The notes under the pieces: generated by a model
What the model saw: the letters and a program-made list of their open reading frames with translations, nothing else
What the model was told of the DNA's origin: nothing
Database searches by the model: none
Part shown: piece after piece, positions 1 to 9,730 of the stretch
How positions within the stretch are numbered: the first letter of the stretch is position 1
How the letters are laid out: the number at the start of each line of letters is the position of its first letter
DNA from: Actinomycetota bacterium
GTDB lineage: Bacteria > Actinomycetota > Actinomycetes > S36-B12
Direction: 5' to 3'
DNA length: 55,782 bases
NCBI GenBank assembly: GCA_947449945.1
Contig: CANFTO010000003.1
Location: 1-55,782, forward strand
Translations under genes and position numbers: made by a program

Positions 1-1352
1 ATGTCTTTCAACGCTGCATAAAAACCAGGGAACACAATGACGGTGCCTGAAGCAGTGAACTCAGCAGCAGTGCCATCAGTCGACGTTCCCTTGATTTTTG
101 CTGTGGTGGTTGCTAGCCGCGCATTCACCATTTGTGAAGCAACAGTGCGCTTCCAGATGAGGTCATAGAGAGCAAACTCGTCAGCATTTAATTCGCGGCG
201 AAGTTGATCGGGTGTCTGGAATGCGTCACCGGCTGGGCGGATAGCTTCGTGTGCCTCTTGCGCGTTCTTGGACTTATTTGGGAACACCCGCGGAGTTGCT
301 TCTACATATTCAGCGCCATACAACTCGGTCACTTGCACGCGAGCTGCATTGATTGCCTGAGCAGAAAGACTGACCGAGTCAGTACGCATGTAAGTGATGT
401 AGCCGTTTTCGTACAGGCTCTGAGCAATGCGCATCGTGCGCTGCGCGCCCCAACGTAAGCGGTTGGAAGCTTCCTGCTGCATCGTGGAAGTAGTGAACGG
501 AGCGGAAGGCTTGCGCTGCGTTGGCTTTTGCTCAACTGAGGTAATGGTGAACTTGCCAGCCTTCAGGCCATCCGCAAGAGATGTCGCCCGCGCTTCGCTC
601 AGCAACGTGACCTTGTCTTCAGCCTTGAGGTTTCCTTGCTGATCAAAGTCTTTACCGATAGCAACGCGAACACCATCGACAGTGGTCAAACGTGCCTTGA
701 AATCAACGGGACCAAAGATCGCATCGATATCCCAGTAACCAGCAGAGTTGAAGGCGATGCGCTCCCGCTCACGGTCAACCACCAAACGCACAGCAACTGA
801 CTGCACGCGGCCAGCAGACTTCGCTTCGCGGCCAATCTTCTTCCAGAGCACTTCCGATACTGGGTAGCCATAAAGACGGTCGACTATGCGACGCGTTTCT
901 TGAGCCTGTACCAGATCCATGTCGAGGTCACGGGTGTTGTTCACTGCCTCGCGGATTGCGTCGGCGGTGATTTCGTTAAACACCATGCGCTGAACTGGGA
1001 CCTTGGGACGTAGTACTTCTAGGAGGTGCCACGAAATAGCTTCGCCTTCGCGGTCCTCGTCCGTTGCGAGAAGAAGTGCGTCCGCGTTTTTCAACGCCGC
1101 CTTCAGATCTCGAATCGTTTGGGCCTTTGATGCGTGCACGATGTAATAAGGGGTGTAACCGTCATCGACGTTGACTGCGAGCTTGCTCCACGAATGTTTG
1201 CGCTCCCCTTCAGGGAGATCTGAGGCCTTTGACGCCAGGTCGCGGACGTGACCTACTGAGGCCATGACTACATAGTCATCCCCTAGGTATCCGGCGATCT
1301 TCTTGGCTTTTGCTGGTGATTCGACGATCACGAGCGTTTTGTCGTTGGCCAC
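1..1352 (-). CDS. topA: DNA topoisomerase I, N-terminal part (runs off window start)
   Basis: Manual translation from GTG 1352: MANDKTLVIVESPAKAKKIAGYLG...ASVGHVRDL (TOPRIM), LLATDEDREGEAISWHL, SAGRVQS, GYITYMRTDS. Not in the ORF track because it is truncated. Confidence 0.95.
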   Translation of the reverse strand, partial: MANDKTLVIVESPAKAKKIAGYLGDDYVVMASVGHVRDLASKASDLPEGERKHSWSKLAVNVDDGYTPYYIVHASKAQTIRDLKAALKNADALLLATDEDREGEAISWHLLEVLRPKVPVQRMVFNEITADAIREAVNNTRDLDMDLVQAQETRRIVDRLYGYPVSEVLWKKIGREAKSAGRVQSVAVRLVVDRERERIAFNSAGYWDIDAIFGPVDFKARLTTVDGVRVAIGKDFDQQGNLKAEDKVTLLSEARATSLADGLKAGKFTITSVEQKPTQRKPSAPFTTSTMQQEASNRLRWGAQRTMRIAQSLYENGYITYMRTDSVSLSAQAINAARVQVTELYGAEYVEATPRVFPNKSKNAQEAHEAIRPAGDAFQTPDQLRRELNADEFALYDLIWKRTVASQMVNARLATTTAKIKGTSTDGTAAEFTASGTVIVFPGFYAALKD

Positions 1353-1430
1353 GCATTTCCCTTCAGTCGAAGCGGAGTCTGACGCTAAGCCACCGCCCTC
1401 TGTCAAATCTTTGGGGGGTCATGTGAGGTA

Positions 1431-1465
1431 TTGACGCTACTTAACTAACAACCTAGTCTGTTGGT
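1431..1465 (+). promoter_or_regulatory. Sigma-A-type promoter of the TA operon, probably leaderless, with an overlapping imperfect palindrome
   Basis: TTGACG (1431-1436), 17 bp, TAGTCT (1454-1459), ATG 6 nt later. AACA-ACCTAGTC-TGTT overlaps the -10. Confidence 0.65.
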
Positions 1466-1708
1466 ATGACTATGACTGTTGGGGTGTTTGAAGCCAAGAC
1501 GAATCTGTCGCATCTTCTGGATCTAGCTGCAGCGGGTGAGCGGATTGTTGTGACCAAGCGCGGGGTGCCTTGCGCCACGATCGGACCTCCACCATCTCGG
1601 CTCGATCAGATTCAAGACTTCATCGAATTCGCTGCAGTCATGAGGGCCCGAACGAAACCTGGTCCCGAGTCTGCAAAAGAGCTAATCGAGCTTGGGAGAA
1701 TCGAATGA
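1466..1708 (+). CDS. Phd/YefM-family type II antitoxin
   Basis: VGVFEAKTNLSHLLDLAAAGERIVVTKRGVP is the Phd_YefM signature; ATGA overlap with the PIN gene. Confidence 0.9.
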   Translation: MTMTVGVFEAKTNLSHLLDLAAAGERIVVTKRGVPCATIGPPPSRLDQIQDFIEFAAVMRARTKPGPESAKELIELGRIE

Positions 1709-2103
1709 GTGCTGTCATTGACGCATCAATCATGGTGTCCTACTTAATGAACGACGAAGATTCATCGCTGTCAGTACCGGTCATTACTCCCCTCCTCGGT
1801 TCGCCAACGCACGTACCAAGTCTTTGGGTTTATGAAATGGCATCGGCTTTTCGGATTGCTGAAAAGCGTGAACGCATCACAAGCGATGACACGCGTCAGT
1901 ACCTTTCTTACCTCAAGATCCTGATGATCGATCATCACCATCCTGATTCCCAGGAGATCGTCGACATCGCACGTCAAACCGGACTCAGCATTTATGACGC
2001 GTCATATATATCGCTGTGCTTGCAGGAAGATCTTCCTTTAGCCACATTAGATAAGCAGATGAGAAAAGTCGCCGAAGAACTCGGAATCAAAGTTCTTGTG
2101 TAA
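1705..2103 (+). CDS. vapC: VapC-family PIN-domain toxin
   Basis: Start re-called at ATG 1705: MSAVIDAS...YEMASA...SIYDASYI...LATLD carries the conserved PIN acidic residues. Confidence 0.88.
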   Translation: MSAVIDASIMVSYLMNDEDSSLSVPVITPLLGSPTHVPSLWVYEMASAFRIAEKRERITSDDTRQYLSYLKILMIDHHHPDSQEIVDIARQTGLSIYDASYISLCLQEDLPLATLDKQMRKVAEELGIKVLV

Positions 2104-2117
2104 CTCAGAAATGAAAT

Positions 2118-2155
2118 AGTTCTGCCCCGCACTCAACTGAGTACGGGGCAGAACT
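2118..2155. terminator. Hairpin between convergent vapC and hppA
   Basis: AGTTCTGCCCCG...CGGGGCAGAACT inverted repeat. Confidence 0.75.
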
Positions 2156-2166
2156 TTGTACGTGAA

Positions 2167-4479
2167 CTATGCGTTCGCAGGCATGTCACCAACTGCGATT
2201 GGGCGACGCTTGCTGATCACAACTGAAATGATCACGATCAACGCTGCAACGATGGAAACTGTCCAACGGAGACCGGCGTTCGCATCAGTACCGATACTCA
2301 GTGACACCACAGCTGGTGCAATCAACAACGCAACAAGGTTCATCACCTTGATGAGAGGGTTAATTGCAGGGCCTGCAGTGTCCTTGAATGGGTCACCGAC
2401 GGTGTCGCCGATCACTGTTGCTGAGTGAGCTTCTGAGCCCTTGCCGCCAAAGTGTCCGTCTTCAACGAACTTCTTCGCGTTATCCCAAGCACCACCTGAG
2501 TTCGACAGGAACACAGCCATGAGCACGCCAGTCGCAATCGTGCCGGCAAGGTACGCGCCCAATGGGCCAACACCAAGACCGAAGCCAACAGCAATTGGAG
2601 TGAACACTGCCAGGATGCCTGGGGTTACGAGCTCGCGAAGTGAATCGCGAGTCACGATGTCGACAACCTTGCCGTATTCAGGCTTCTCGGTACCGGCCAT
2701 GATGCCTGGGTGCTCGCGGAACTGACGACGCACTTCGAAGATCACAGCGCCAGCAGCACGGGATACCGCGTTGATGGCAAGTCCTGAGAACAAGAACACC
2801 ACTGCAGCACCGATGATCAAACCAACGAGGTTTGAAGGGTTAGCAACGTTGAGAATGCCGAGGTATTCAAGATTTGCGAATACGTCGGAGATGCTCGCAC
2901 CTGAACTTGCAGTTGCCGCTTGAACAGCGTCACGGAATGAACCGAACAACGCAGTTGCTGCAAGAACAGCAGTAGCGATTGCAATGCCCTTGGTGATTGC
3001 CTTGGTTGAGTTACCGACTGAGTCAAGGCGAGTAAGTACTGCAGCGCCTTCACCATGAACGTCTCCGGACATTTCAGCGATGCCCTGAGCGTTGTCAGAA
3101 ACAGGTCCGAAGGTATCCATCGAAACGATGACGCCCACAGTGGTAAGCAAGCCAGTGCCAGCCAATGCGATGGCGAACAGTGACAAGATCACAACGCCGC
3201 CACCAACAAGGTAAGCGCCGTACACAGCCGCAGCAATGATGAGCGCTGAGTACACCGCTGATTCCAAGCCGAGTGAAATACCCGAAAGGATCACGGTTGC
3301 TGGACCAGTGAGTGAGGTCTTAGCAACGTCGTCAACTGGGCGACGGTTGGTCTCAGTGAAGTAAGCAGTGAGCTGCTGAATGATTGCAGCGAGCACGATG
3401 CCGATCAACACAGCGATGATGACGAACCAACGAGGGCCCATTGCTTCAACGCCTGATCCGCGAATCGCATCAATTGCAAGACCGACAGGTGCGTACTTCT
3501 CAAGCAGTTCAGTCCAAGTTGCTGGAATCCAAACAAAGGCAGCGACGATGACCAGGATCAAGGAGATCACTGCGGAGATAAAGAAGCCACGGTTAATGGC
3601 TGACATACCTGAGCGATCACCCTTGCGAGGTGCAACAGCGAAGATGCCGATCACTGCGGTTAGGACACCGATTGCAGGAACCACTAATGGGAACACCAAA
3701 CCGAGTGAACCGAATGCAGCCTTGCCCAGAATCAATGCGGCGACCAAAGTCACTGCGTAAGACTCGAAGAGGTCAGCTGCCATGCCAGCACAGTCGCCGA
3801 CGTTGTCGCCAACGTTGTCCGCGATCGTTGCAGCATTGCGTGGGTCGTCTTCTGGGATGCCCTGCTCAACCTTGCCCACGAGGTCAGCGCCGACGTCAGC
3901 GGCCTTGGTGAAGATGCCACCGCCAACACGCATGAACATTGCGAGCAATGCAGCGCCGAAGCCGAAGCCTTCAAGAACCTTTGGTGCTTCACCCTTATAG
4001 ACGAGCACCACGAGTGCTGCACCGAACAGGCCGAGGCCAACGGTAAACATGCCTGCAACGCCACCAGTTCGGAAAGCAATACGCATTGCGCGCTCTTCGC
4101 CTGACTCGTTGGCTGCAGCAGCTACGCGGACGTTGCCGCGCACGGCAAGCCACATGCCCATGTAACCGGTGATGCCTGAAAAGACAGCACCAACAAGGAA
4201 GAAGATGCTTCGACCGATGCGCTCTGATGATGTCTCAGCAGGGAGCAGGAACAGTACGAAGAACACAATCACAGCGAAGACAGCAAGTGTCTTGAACTGA
4301 CGGGTCAGATAAGCGCTAGCGCCTTCCTGAATCGCAGCTGCGATTTCTTTCATCTTTGGGGTGCCCTCACTCGCGGCGAGGACTTCACGAACCAACACTG
4401 CTGCTACTACAAGCGCGAGCAGTGCGATTACAGCAACGACGACAACAGTCGTCAGATTGCTTCCACTGAGCTCAATCAT
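2167..4479 (-). CDS. hppA: Membrane-bound H+-translocating pyrophosphatase, predicted K+-independent
   Basis: GGGIFTKAADVGADLVGKVE, DNVGDNVGD, GDTVGDPFKD motifs; GNSTKA has Lys at the K+-dependence position; AGGAGA RBS before ATG 4479. Confidence 0.95.
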   Translation of the reverse strand: MIELSGSNLTTVVVVAVIALLALVVAAVLVREVLAASEGTPKMKEIAAAIQEGASAYLTRQFKTLAVFAVIVFFVLFLLPAETSSERIGRSIFFLVGAVFSGITGYMGMWLAVRGNVRVAAAANESGEERAMRIAFRTGGVAGMFTVGLGLFGAALVVLVYKGEAPKVLEGFGFGAALLAMFMRVGGGIFTKAADVGADLVGKVEQGIPEDDPRNAATIADNVGDNVGDCAGMAADLFESYAVTLVAALILGKAAFGSLGLVFPLVVPAIGVLTAVIGIFAVAPRKGDRSGMSAINRGFFISAVISLILVIVAAFVWIPATWTELLEKYAPVGLAIDAIRGSGVEAMGPRWFVIIAVLIGIVLAAIIQQLTAYFTETNRRPVDDVAKTSLTGPATVILSGISLGLESAVYSALIIAAAVYGAYLVGGGVVILSLFAIALAGTGLLTTVGVIVSMDTFGPVSDNAQGIAEMSGDVHGEGAAVLTRLDSVGNSTKAITKGIAIATAVLAATALFGSFRDAVQAATASSGASISDVFANLEYLGILNVANPSNLVGLIIGAAVVFLFSGLAINAVSRAAGAVIFEVRRQFREHPGIMAGTEKPEYGKVVDIVTRDSLRELVTPGILAVFTPIAVGFGLGVGPLGAYLAGTIATGVLMAVFLSNSGGAWDNAKKFVEDGHFGGKGSEAHSATVIGDTVGDPFKDTAGPAINPLIKVMNLVALLIAPAVVSLSIGTDANAGLRWTVSIVAALIVIISVVISKRRPIAVGDMPANA

Positions 4480-4583
4480 GGGTCTCCTGACTAGGCGTGA
4501 ACCGTTGTTCACAAATCTCGCGGAGTTTATTGACTAGAAGGGGGAAATCGGTAGGAAATGGGAAAATGTCCGTTTTACCGGAA

Positions 4584-4919
4584 TTACGTGGCGCGGAGCG
4601 CTTCCTCTACCGATGAACCCATATAAATAAAGGTGTCCAGACCCGTAATGGCCATGACCTTTTGAACCCGATTCGTCGCCGCGACCACGGCAACCCGTGA
4701 ACCTTGGGGCTTGGCCAATTCAGCCGCACGCACCAGCACGCTTAAACCCGTGGAATCCATAAAGGGCACCTGAGCCAGGTCTAAGACCAGTATTTGGCCC
4801 GGGTGCCATTCAGCCTCGATTGACTCCCATAAAACTGGCGCGGTTGCGAGGTCAATATCGCCGCGCACAGTGAGGAGAAGTGCCGTTTCGACCGTCTCAC
4901 TGGAGACCCCAAACTCCAT
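4584..4919 (-). CDS. STAS anti-sigma factor antagonist (BldG-like)
   Basis: From ATG 4919: VRGDIDLATAP...LDLAQVPFMDSTGLSVL with the phospho-Ser motif; divergent from the helicase as in the conserved locus. Confidence 0.88.
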   Translation of the reverse strand: MEFGVSSETVETALLLTVRGDIDLATAPVLWESIEAEWHPGQILVLDLAQVPFMDSTGLSVLVRAAELAKPQGSRVAVVAATNRVQKVMAITGLDTFIYMGSSVEEALRAT

Positions 4920-4958
4920 GCGCTGACCATGGCACACCTGCGCGTTACGGTGGGTGAA

Positions 4959-7259
4959 ATGAGCAGCAGTGTCGAAAGCGTTCTCGCGCGACTTTCCCAA
5001 GGTCGCGAGGATCGACTGCGCCATGTTGAGGTGCGAGCTGCACGGGAAGCAACCTTCAGCGATTGGCCAAGTTGGGTCACCGAGGAGATTCGCGAATCTT
5101 TTCCTGGCGTCTCTCAACCTTGGAAGCATCAAATCGATGCGGCCCAGTTGGCTCACGACGGCAATCACGTAGTGCTTTCAACTGGAACTGCATCAGGAAA
5201 ATCCCTGGCCTATCTATTACCAATTTTGAACGCAATTGAAATTGGATCCCACGCGCCAAACGGTCGGGGAGCAACTGCGCTCTACATCGCACCAACGAAA
5301 GCCTTAGCCCATGATCAATTACGTGCGCTTGACGAACGCAATCTGCCATGGTTGCGCCCAGCAACAGTAGACGGAGATAACTCACGCGAAGAACGACAGT
5401 GGGCCCAACAACATGCCAATCTCGTTCTTACTAATCCTGATCTTTTGCACCATTCACTACTCGGAGCACATTCGCGCTGGGCACCGTTTCTCAAACGCCT
5501 TGAATACATCGTCATCGACGAGGCACATGTGTATCGAGGTGTATTCGGTGCTCATGTATCTGCAGTGATTCGACGTCTTCGTCGCGTTTGTGACCACCTT
5601 GGAAGTTCACCTGTGATCATCGCTGCTTCTGCAACCGTCGCAGATCCGGCTATCGCAATACATCGCCTTATCGGGGATCACGTGGTGGAAGTTACCGATG
5701 ATTACTCGCCGACGCCTGAACGCACGATCGCCTTGTGGCAGCCGTTAGATCTCGGCCTAGATAACGCAGAGCCAGTACATCGCACCGCAACTACTGAAGC
5801 TTCACACATTTTGGCCGATTTAGTCGCTGACGGACGACAAACCCTTGCCTTTGTTCGCAGCCGACGTGCAGCTGAAGGCGTTGCGTCAATGACTCGTGAT
5901 CTCTTGCGCGAAATCGACCCTGAACTTGTTGATGGTGTCTCCTCCTATCGCGGTGGCTATCTCCCAGAAGAGCGCCGCGCAATTGAGGATTCACTCCGTG
6001 ATGGTTCAGTACGTGCATTAGCTACAACTAATGCACTCGAACTTGGTATCGATATCAGCGGCCTTGATGCTGTGGTCATCGCAGGTTGGCCAGGAACGCG
6101 ATCGTCTCTTTGGCAACAGTTCGGTCGTGCGGGACGAGGTGATTCACCTGCGTTAGCAATCTTCATTGCGCGCGAAGACCCGCTTGATGCATTTGTTGTT
6201 GAGCATCCCTCATCGATTCTCGATGCACCAGTTGAAGCGTCAGTGTTTGATCCAGCAAACCCTGTGATTCTTGGACCGCATCTGTGCGCGGCTGCATCTG
6301 AAATTCCATTGACTGATGAAGAAGCGATCCGGTGGTTCGGCCCAACTGCCCTTGAGTTGCTGGAACAACTGGCGGCCCAAGGTTTTCTACGCAAGCGCAG
6401 CACAGGCTGGTTTTGGACGCGCAGGGATCGGGCTAGCGATCTTGCTGACCTTCGAAGTTCCGGGGGCGCACCCATTCGCATAGTTGAAGAGAGCACTGGT
6501 CGATTGCTTGGAACCGTTGATCAAGCGTCCTCGCACACCACAGTTCACCCCGGAGCTGTGTACACCCATCAAGGTGTGACTTCAGTTGTTACTGAACTAG
6601 ATTTAGAGGATCTAGTCGCAACAGTGGTTGAAGAACCAGTCGACTACACAACCCACGCGCACGAAATTAGTGACATTCGTATTCTTGATGAATACGAAGG
6701 GCGCCCATGGGGTGACGCCACTATTCATGTTGGCCAAGTGCAAGTCACCAGTCAGGTCACCAGCTTCCAACGTCGGCGTCTGTTCACTGGCGAGAATCTT
6801 GGTGAACAAGGTTTGGAACTTCCAGAGCGTGAACTCATCACCACTGCGGTGTGGTGGACGGTCACCGACGATCAGTGCGCGCGAGCAAACATTGACTCCA
6901 CTGAAATACCTGGTGCGGTGCATGCAGCGGAGCATGCGTCTATCGCGTTGCTTCCATTGTTCGCCACCTGTGACCGGTGGGATATCGGCGGAGTCTCAAC
7001 CGCGTTACATATTGATACCGGTGTAACAACCGTGTTTGTCTATGACGGTTATCCAGGTGGAGCGGGGTTTGCCCAGCATGGTTTCGATATCGCTCGTCAA
7101 TGGCTCACAGCTACTCGCGATCTCATCCGTGAATGCCGATGCCGCGAAGGCTGCCCTTCATGCATTCAGTCGCCTAAGTGTGGAAATGGCAATAATCCAC
7201 TTGATAAAGCGTCGGCTGTCCGAGTGCTGACTGAGTTGCTTCGTAACGCCACGGACTAA
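4959..7259 (+). CDS. DEAH-box helicase with C-terminal DUF1998 Cys cluster (Rv3649/SftH-like)
   Basis: TGTASGKS, DEAH, QQFGRAGR, C-terminal CRCREGCPSCIQSPKC; start after TACGGT -10. Confidence 0.92.
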   Translation: MSSSVESVLARLSQGREDRLRHVEVRAAREATFSDWPSWVTEEIRESFPGVSQPWKHQIDAAQLAHDGNHVVLSTGTASGKSLAYLLPILNAIEIGSHAPNGRGATALYIAPTKALAHDQLRALDERNLPWLRPATVDGDNSREERQWAQQHANLVLTNPDLLHHSLLGAHSRWAPFLKRLEYIVIDEAHVYRGVFGAHVSAVIRRLRRVCDHLGSSPVIIAASATVADPAIAIHRLIGDHVVEVTDDYSPTPERTIALWQPLDLGLDNAEPVHRTATTEASHILADLVADGRQTLAFVRSRRAAEGVASMTRDLLREIDPELVDGVSSYRGGYLPEERRAIEDSLRDGSVRALATTNALELGIDISGLDAVVIAGWPGTRSSLWQQFGRAGRGDSPALAIFIAREDPLDAFVVEHPSSILDAPVEASVFDPANPVILGPHLCAAASEIPLTDEEAIRWFGPTALELLEQLAAQGFLRKRSTGWFWTRRDRASDLADLRSSGGAPIRIVEESTGRLLGTVDQASSHTTVHPGAVYTHQGVTSVVTELDLEDLVATVVEEPVDYTTHAHEISDIRILDEYEGRPWGDATIHVGQVQVTSQVTSFQRRRLFTGENLGEQGLELPERELITTAVWWTVTDDQCARANIDSTEIPGAVHAAEHASIALLPLFATCDRWDIGGVSTALHIDTGVTTVFVYDGYPGGAGFAQHGFDIARQWLTATRDLIRECRCREGCPSCIQSPKCGNGNNPLDKASAVRVLTELLRNATD

Positions 7260-7265
7260 CAACTG

Positions 7266-7637
7266 TTAATTGCCTGACGGTCCCGCAACAGCTGTCGCGG
7301 TTACACGCCCAATGGGCAAACCAAATCGATGAAAAAGTGCAGCGACAAGCGACGGGGCTGGCCCTTCAACAGATACTGAAATGTCTGTGCCCTTCATTTC
7401 ACAGGTAGTCAGCAGTACATGATTTGCTTTCGCCATTTGATCAGCTGCTGAACAAGGATCCCCAAGTGTTTGGGCTCCAGCAAGTGCACTGAGATCGGCT
7501 GAACTTTGCGCCCCGTGACTTGCGAGCGTTGCCTGAACCTGGGTGACAGCGATGAATCCAACAGCCAGGAGCACGATGCTCATGGCAAGGCCAAGCACAG
7601 TCGCGCTTCCGCGATCGCGCGCAATCATGCTCCTCAC
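7266..7637 (-). CDS. TadE/TadG-like pseudopilin (Rv3654c-like)
   Basis: DRGSAT prepilin cleavage site, hydrophobic helix, ADLSALAGA, Cys pair. Confidence 0.8.
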   Translation of the reverse strand: MRSMIARDRGSATVLGLAMSIVLLAVGFIAVTQVQATLASHGAQSSADLSALAGAQTLGDPCSAADQMAKANHVLLTTCEMKGTDISVSVEGPAPSLVAALFHRFGLPIGRVTATAVAGPSGN

Positions 7638-8020
7638 AGTGATTCCAATGGCGCTGTTGACGAGCGGTCTAGATTGAAACTGAAACGTGAGAAGAGAGGG
7701 ATGGGTACAGTGACCTGCTGGCTCAAATTCACGGTAATCATTTGATCGCCTTGCGTCATCGTGAGTTCAGCATCGGGTGCTTGAGTGTGTGCTTGCAGTT
7801 GAATGTCTTCAACGGAAATGCCACGTGCTAAACCACGAGCAAGGTCGTGAGCAGTGTCCGCTAGATGTAGGGCAGTCATTCCTGTCTGGAGTCCAGTAAG
7901 CAGCAGAACCGTGAGAGCAATCAGGACCGGAATCATCATTGCGGTTTCTATAACTGCGCTTCCTCGATCATGTTGGGTGGAGTCGAGTAATCCTCGACTC
8001 CACCCACGCCACATCACCAT
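7634..8020 (-). CDS. TadE-family minor pilin
   Basis: DRGSAVIETAMMIP (G|xxxxE) followed by a hydrophobic helix. Confidence 0.8.
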   Translation of the reverse strand: MVMWRGWSRGLLDSTQHDRGSAVIETAMMIPVLIALTVLLLTGLQTGMTALHLADTAHDLARGLARGISVEDIQLQAHTQAPDAELTMTQGDQMITVNLSQQVTVPIPLFSRFSFNLDRSSTAPLESL

Positions 8021-8200
8021 TTAGAAGAATGCCGAGAGTGCGGTGCTCATGACTTTCCAAATTAAGTTGCGCACTTCCGCACTCGTTAAGAGCTTGATCA
8101 TGACTCCGCCAAGACCCGCAGCAGCAACGGTGCCAACTGCATATTCAGCGGTTGTCATACCGCGATCATCGAATCGGATGCACTGCAAATGCTTTTTCAT
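8021..8200 (-). CDS. Flp-like pilin, DUF4244 family (Rv3656c-like)
   Basis: DDRGMTTAEYAVGTVAAAG signature; AAGGAA RBS before ATG 8200. Confidence 0.85.
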   Translation of the reverse strand: MKKHLQCIRFDDRGMTTAEYAVGTVAAAGLGGVMIKLLTSAEVRNLIWKVMSTALSAFF

Positions 8201-8291
8201 GGAATTTCCTTTCTCGACCCAGGGCCTGGTGCCCGTGTTGGTGGCTAACCGTGCGCCGAAAGGAAACTGCCACGCATCTGTGATTTTCAAA

Positions 8292-8331
8292 CTGTGGACG
8301 CCAGCCCAGATAAATCAAGGCTGGGGATAAC
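8292..8331 (-). promoter_or_regulatory. Paired DnaA-box-like direct repeats upstream of the pilin gene
   Basis: Minus strand TTATCCCCAG ... GCGTCCACAG, cores 29 bp apart. Confidence 0.45.
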
Positions 8332-8333
8332 TT

Positions 8334-9047
8334 TCAATTGCCGAACATGCTTGTTGCCATTGAAGCCACAACCGGAACAACGCCAAGCAAAATGAATGCC
8401 GGTAAATAACAGGCCGCGAGTGGCATCACTGCCCGTACCCCTGCTCCCCTGGCCGCGACTTCAATCACCCTACGTTTTTCACGCCGCTCATCACTTGCAA
8501 CCCCGGTGAGGAGTTCAGCAATAGGTGCACCGCTTTCGTGTGATCGTCGAAAAGCCAACGCGATCCGATCAAATGCAGGTTCTGCTTCTGCCGCACTCCA
8601 CGCGAGGGAGGCTGGCGTGCCTAACTGAATTGCCCGTTCCACGCCCATCAACGTGCGCGATGCAGGTGGACCAACAGCTTCACTCACTGCTAGCACAGCA
8701 CTGGTGATACTTGCGCCCGAGGCCAAAGTTGCAGCGAGCAAATCGCACACCATTGGCATTTGAGAAACAATGGCGCGCGCGCGTTCTCGTTCTGTTCGAC
8801 TTTCGAGATTACCGAGAAATCGGTAGGCAACCACGCCTGTAGCTATCCCGAGTAACACTCCAATGGATGAAGTCACAATCATCATCACGCCAAAGGCTGT
8901 CAATGAGGCAGCAATCAATCTCATCGGAAGCCGTGGCTTAGGTTCAACATCGGGACTCCGAAAAATCTTTCGCAATCGCCTTCGCGCTGGAGGTCGAACA
9001 ACAACCCAGGAAGCAACTATCAATAGAAACGTTATTAATACTTTCAC
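8334..9047 (-). CDS. tadC: TadC / T2SS F-family membrane protein
   Basis: DLLAATLASGAS, C-terminal PLAACYLPAFILLGVVP. Confidence 0.85.
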   Translation of the reverse strand: MKVLITFLLIVASWVVVRPPARRRLRKIFRSPDVEPKPRLPMRLIAASLTAFGVMMIVTSSIGVLLGIATGVVAYRFLGNLESRTERERARAIVSQMPMVCDLLAATLASGASITSAVLAVSEAVGPPASRTLMGVERAIQLGTPASLAWSAAEAEPAFDRIALAFRRSHESGAPIAELLTGVASDERREKRRVIEVAARGAGVRAVMPLAACYLPAFILLGVVPVVASMATSMFGN

Positions 9048-9730
9048 ATCTGTTGCTCCACAGCTCTGACCATGCGTCGCGACCAGAGCGACCCGAGAAC
9101 CGACAGAGTTGCGCCAGTTACAAGACAGACCAATCCCATGGGGTTACCGAAAATCCACTCAATTGGCTCGGCACCCATTGCTATGCCCATCAAAAGCCCA
9201 ATAGCCGGCAACCAGCGCAGCACTGCTGCCGTTGCTCGTGGACCTGCGAGTTCAGCTTGCAAGGTGTTCCGTAGTTCCTCGTTTTCACGCAACCCTTGAA
9301 TCATTCGTGCAACGGCAGCGCTCATGCCGCTTCCTGAGTTCGATGCCACTTGCCAGCATGCAGCAAGTTGCCTCAAATCTGGATGTCGTTGCGCGTCAGC
9401 TATGAGTGCCTGCGCAACGTCACCTTGCATGCCTACGGCACTCAAGGCAGCAGGCCATATTGGAGGCGCACTCGACGCCAACACCAATGCAGAACTTGGA
9501 GACTGCCCAGACCTGAGTTCCATCTCGAATGCCGCCAATGAATCAATCACTGCTCTTGTATCCAACTGCCTTCGATCAGAGCCTTTCGCTCGATTGCGCA
9601 GAGCATCAAGGACTTCAACGTGCCAAATCTTGGTGCGGGCAAGATTTAGCGACGCTAGGCGCATTGATGACCAAGGATCCATCCACACTGCTACTGAACA
9701 CGCAAGAAGTATTGCTATCGCGAGATTCAC
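9044..9730 (-). CDS. tadB: TadB / T2SS F-family membrane protein
   Basis: ELRSGQSP, LAACWQVASNSGSG, AELAGPRATAAVL, GAEPIEW. Confidence 0.85.
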   Translation of the reverse strand: MNLAIAILLACSVAVWMDPWSSMRLASLNLARTKIWHVEVLDALRNRAKGSDRRQLDTRAVIDSLAAFEMELRSGQSPSSALVLASSAPPIWPAALSAVGMQGDVAQALIADAQRHPDLRQLAACWQVASNSGSGMSAAVARMIQGLRENEELRNTLQAELAGPRATAAVLRWLPAIGLLMGIAMGAEPIEWIFGNPMGLVCLVTGATLSVLGSLWSRRMVRAVEQQM

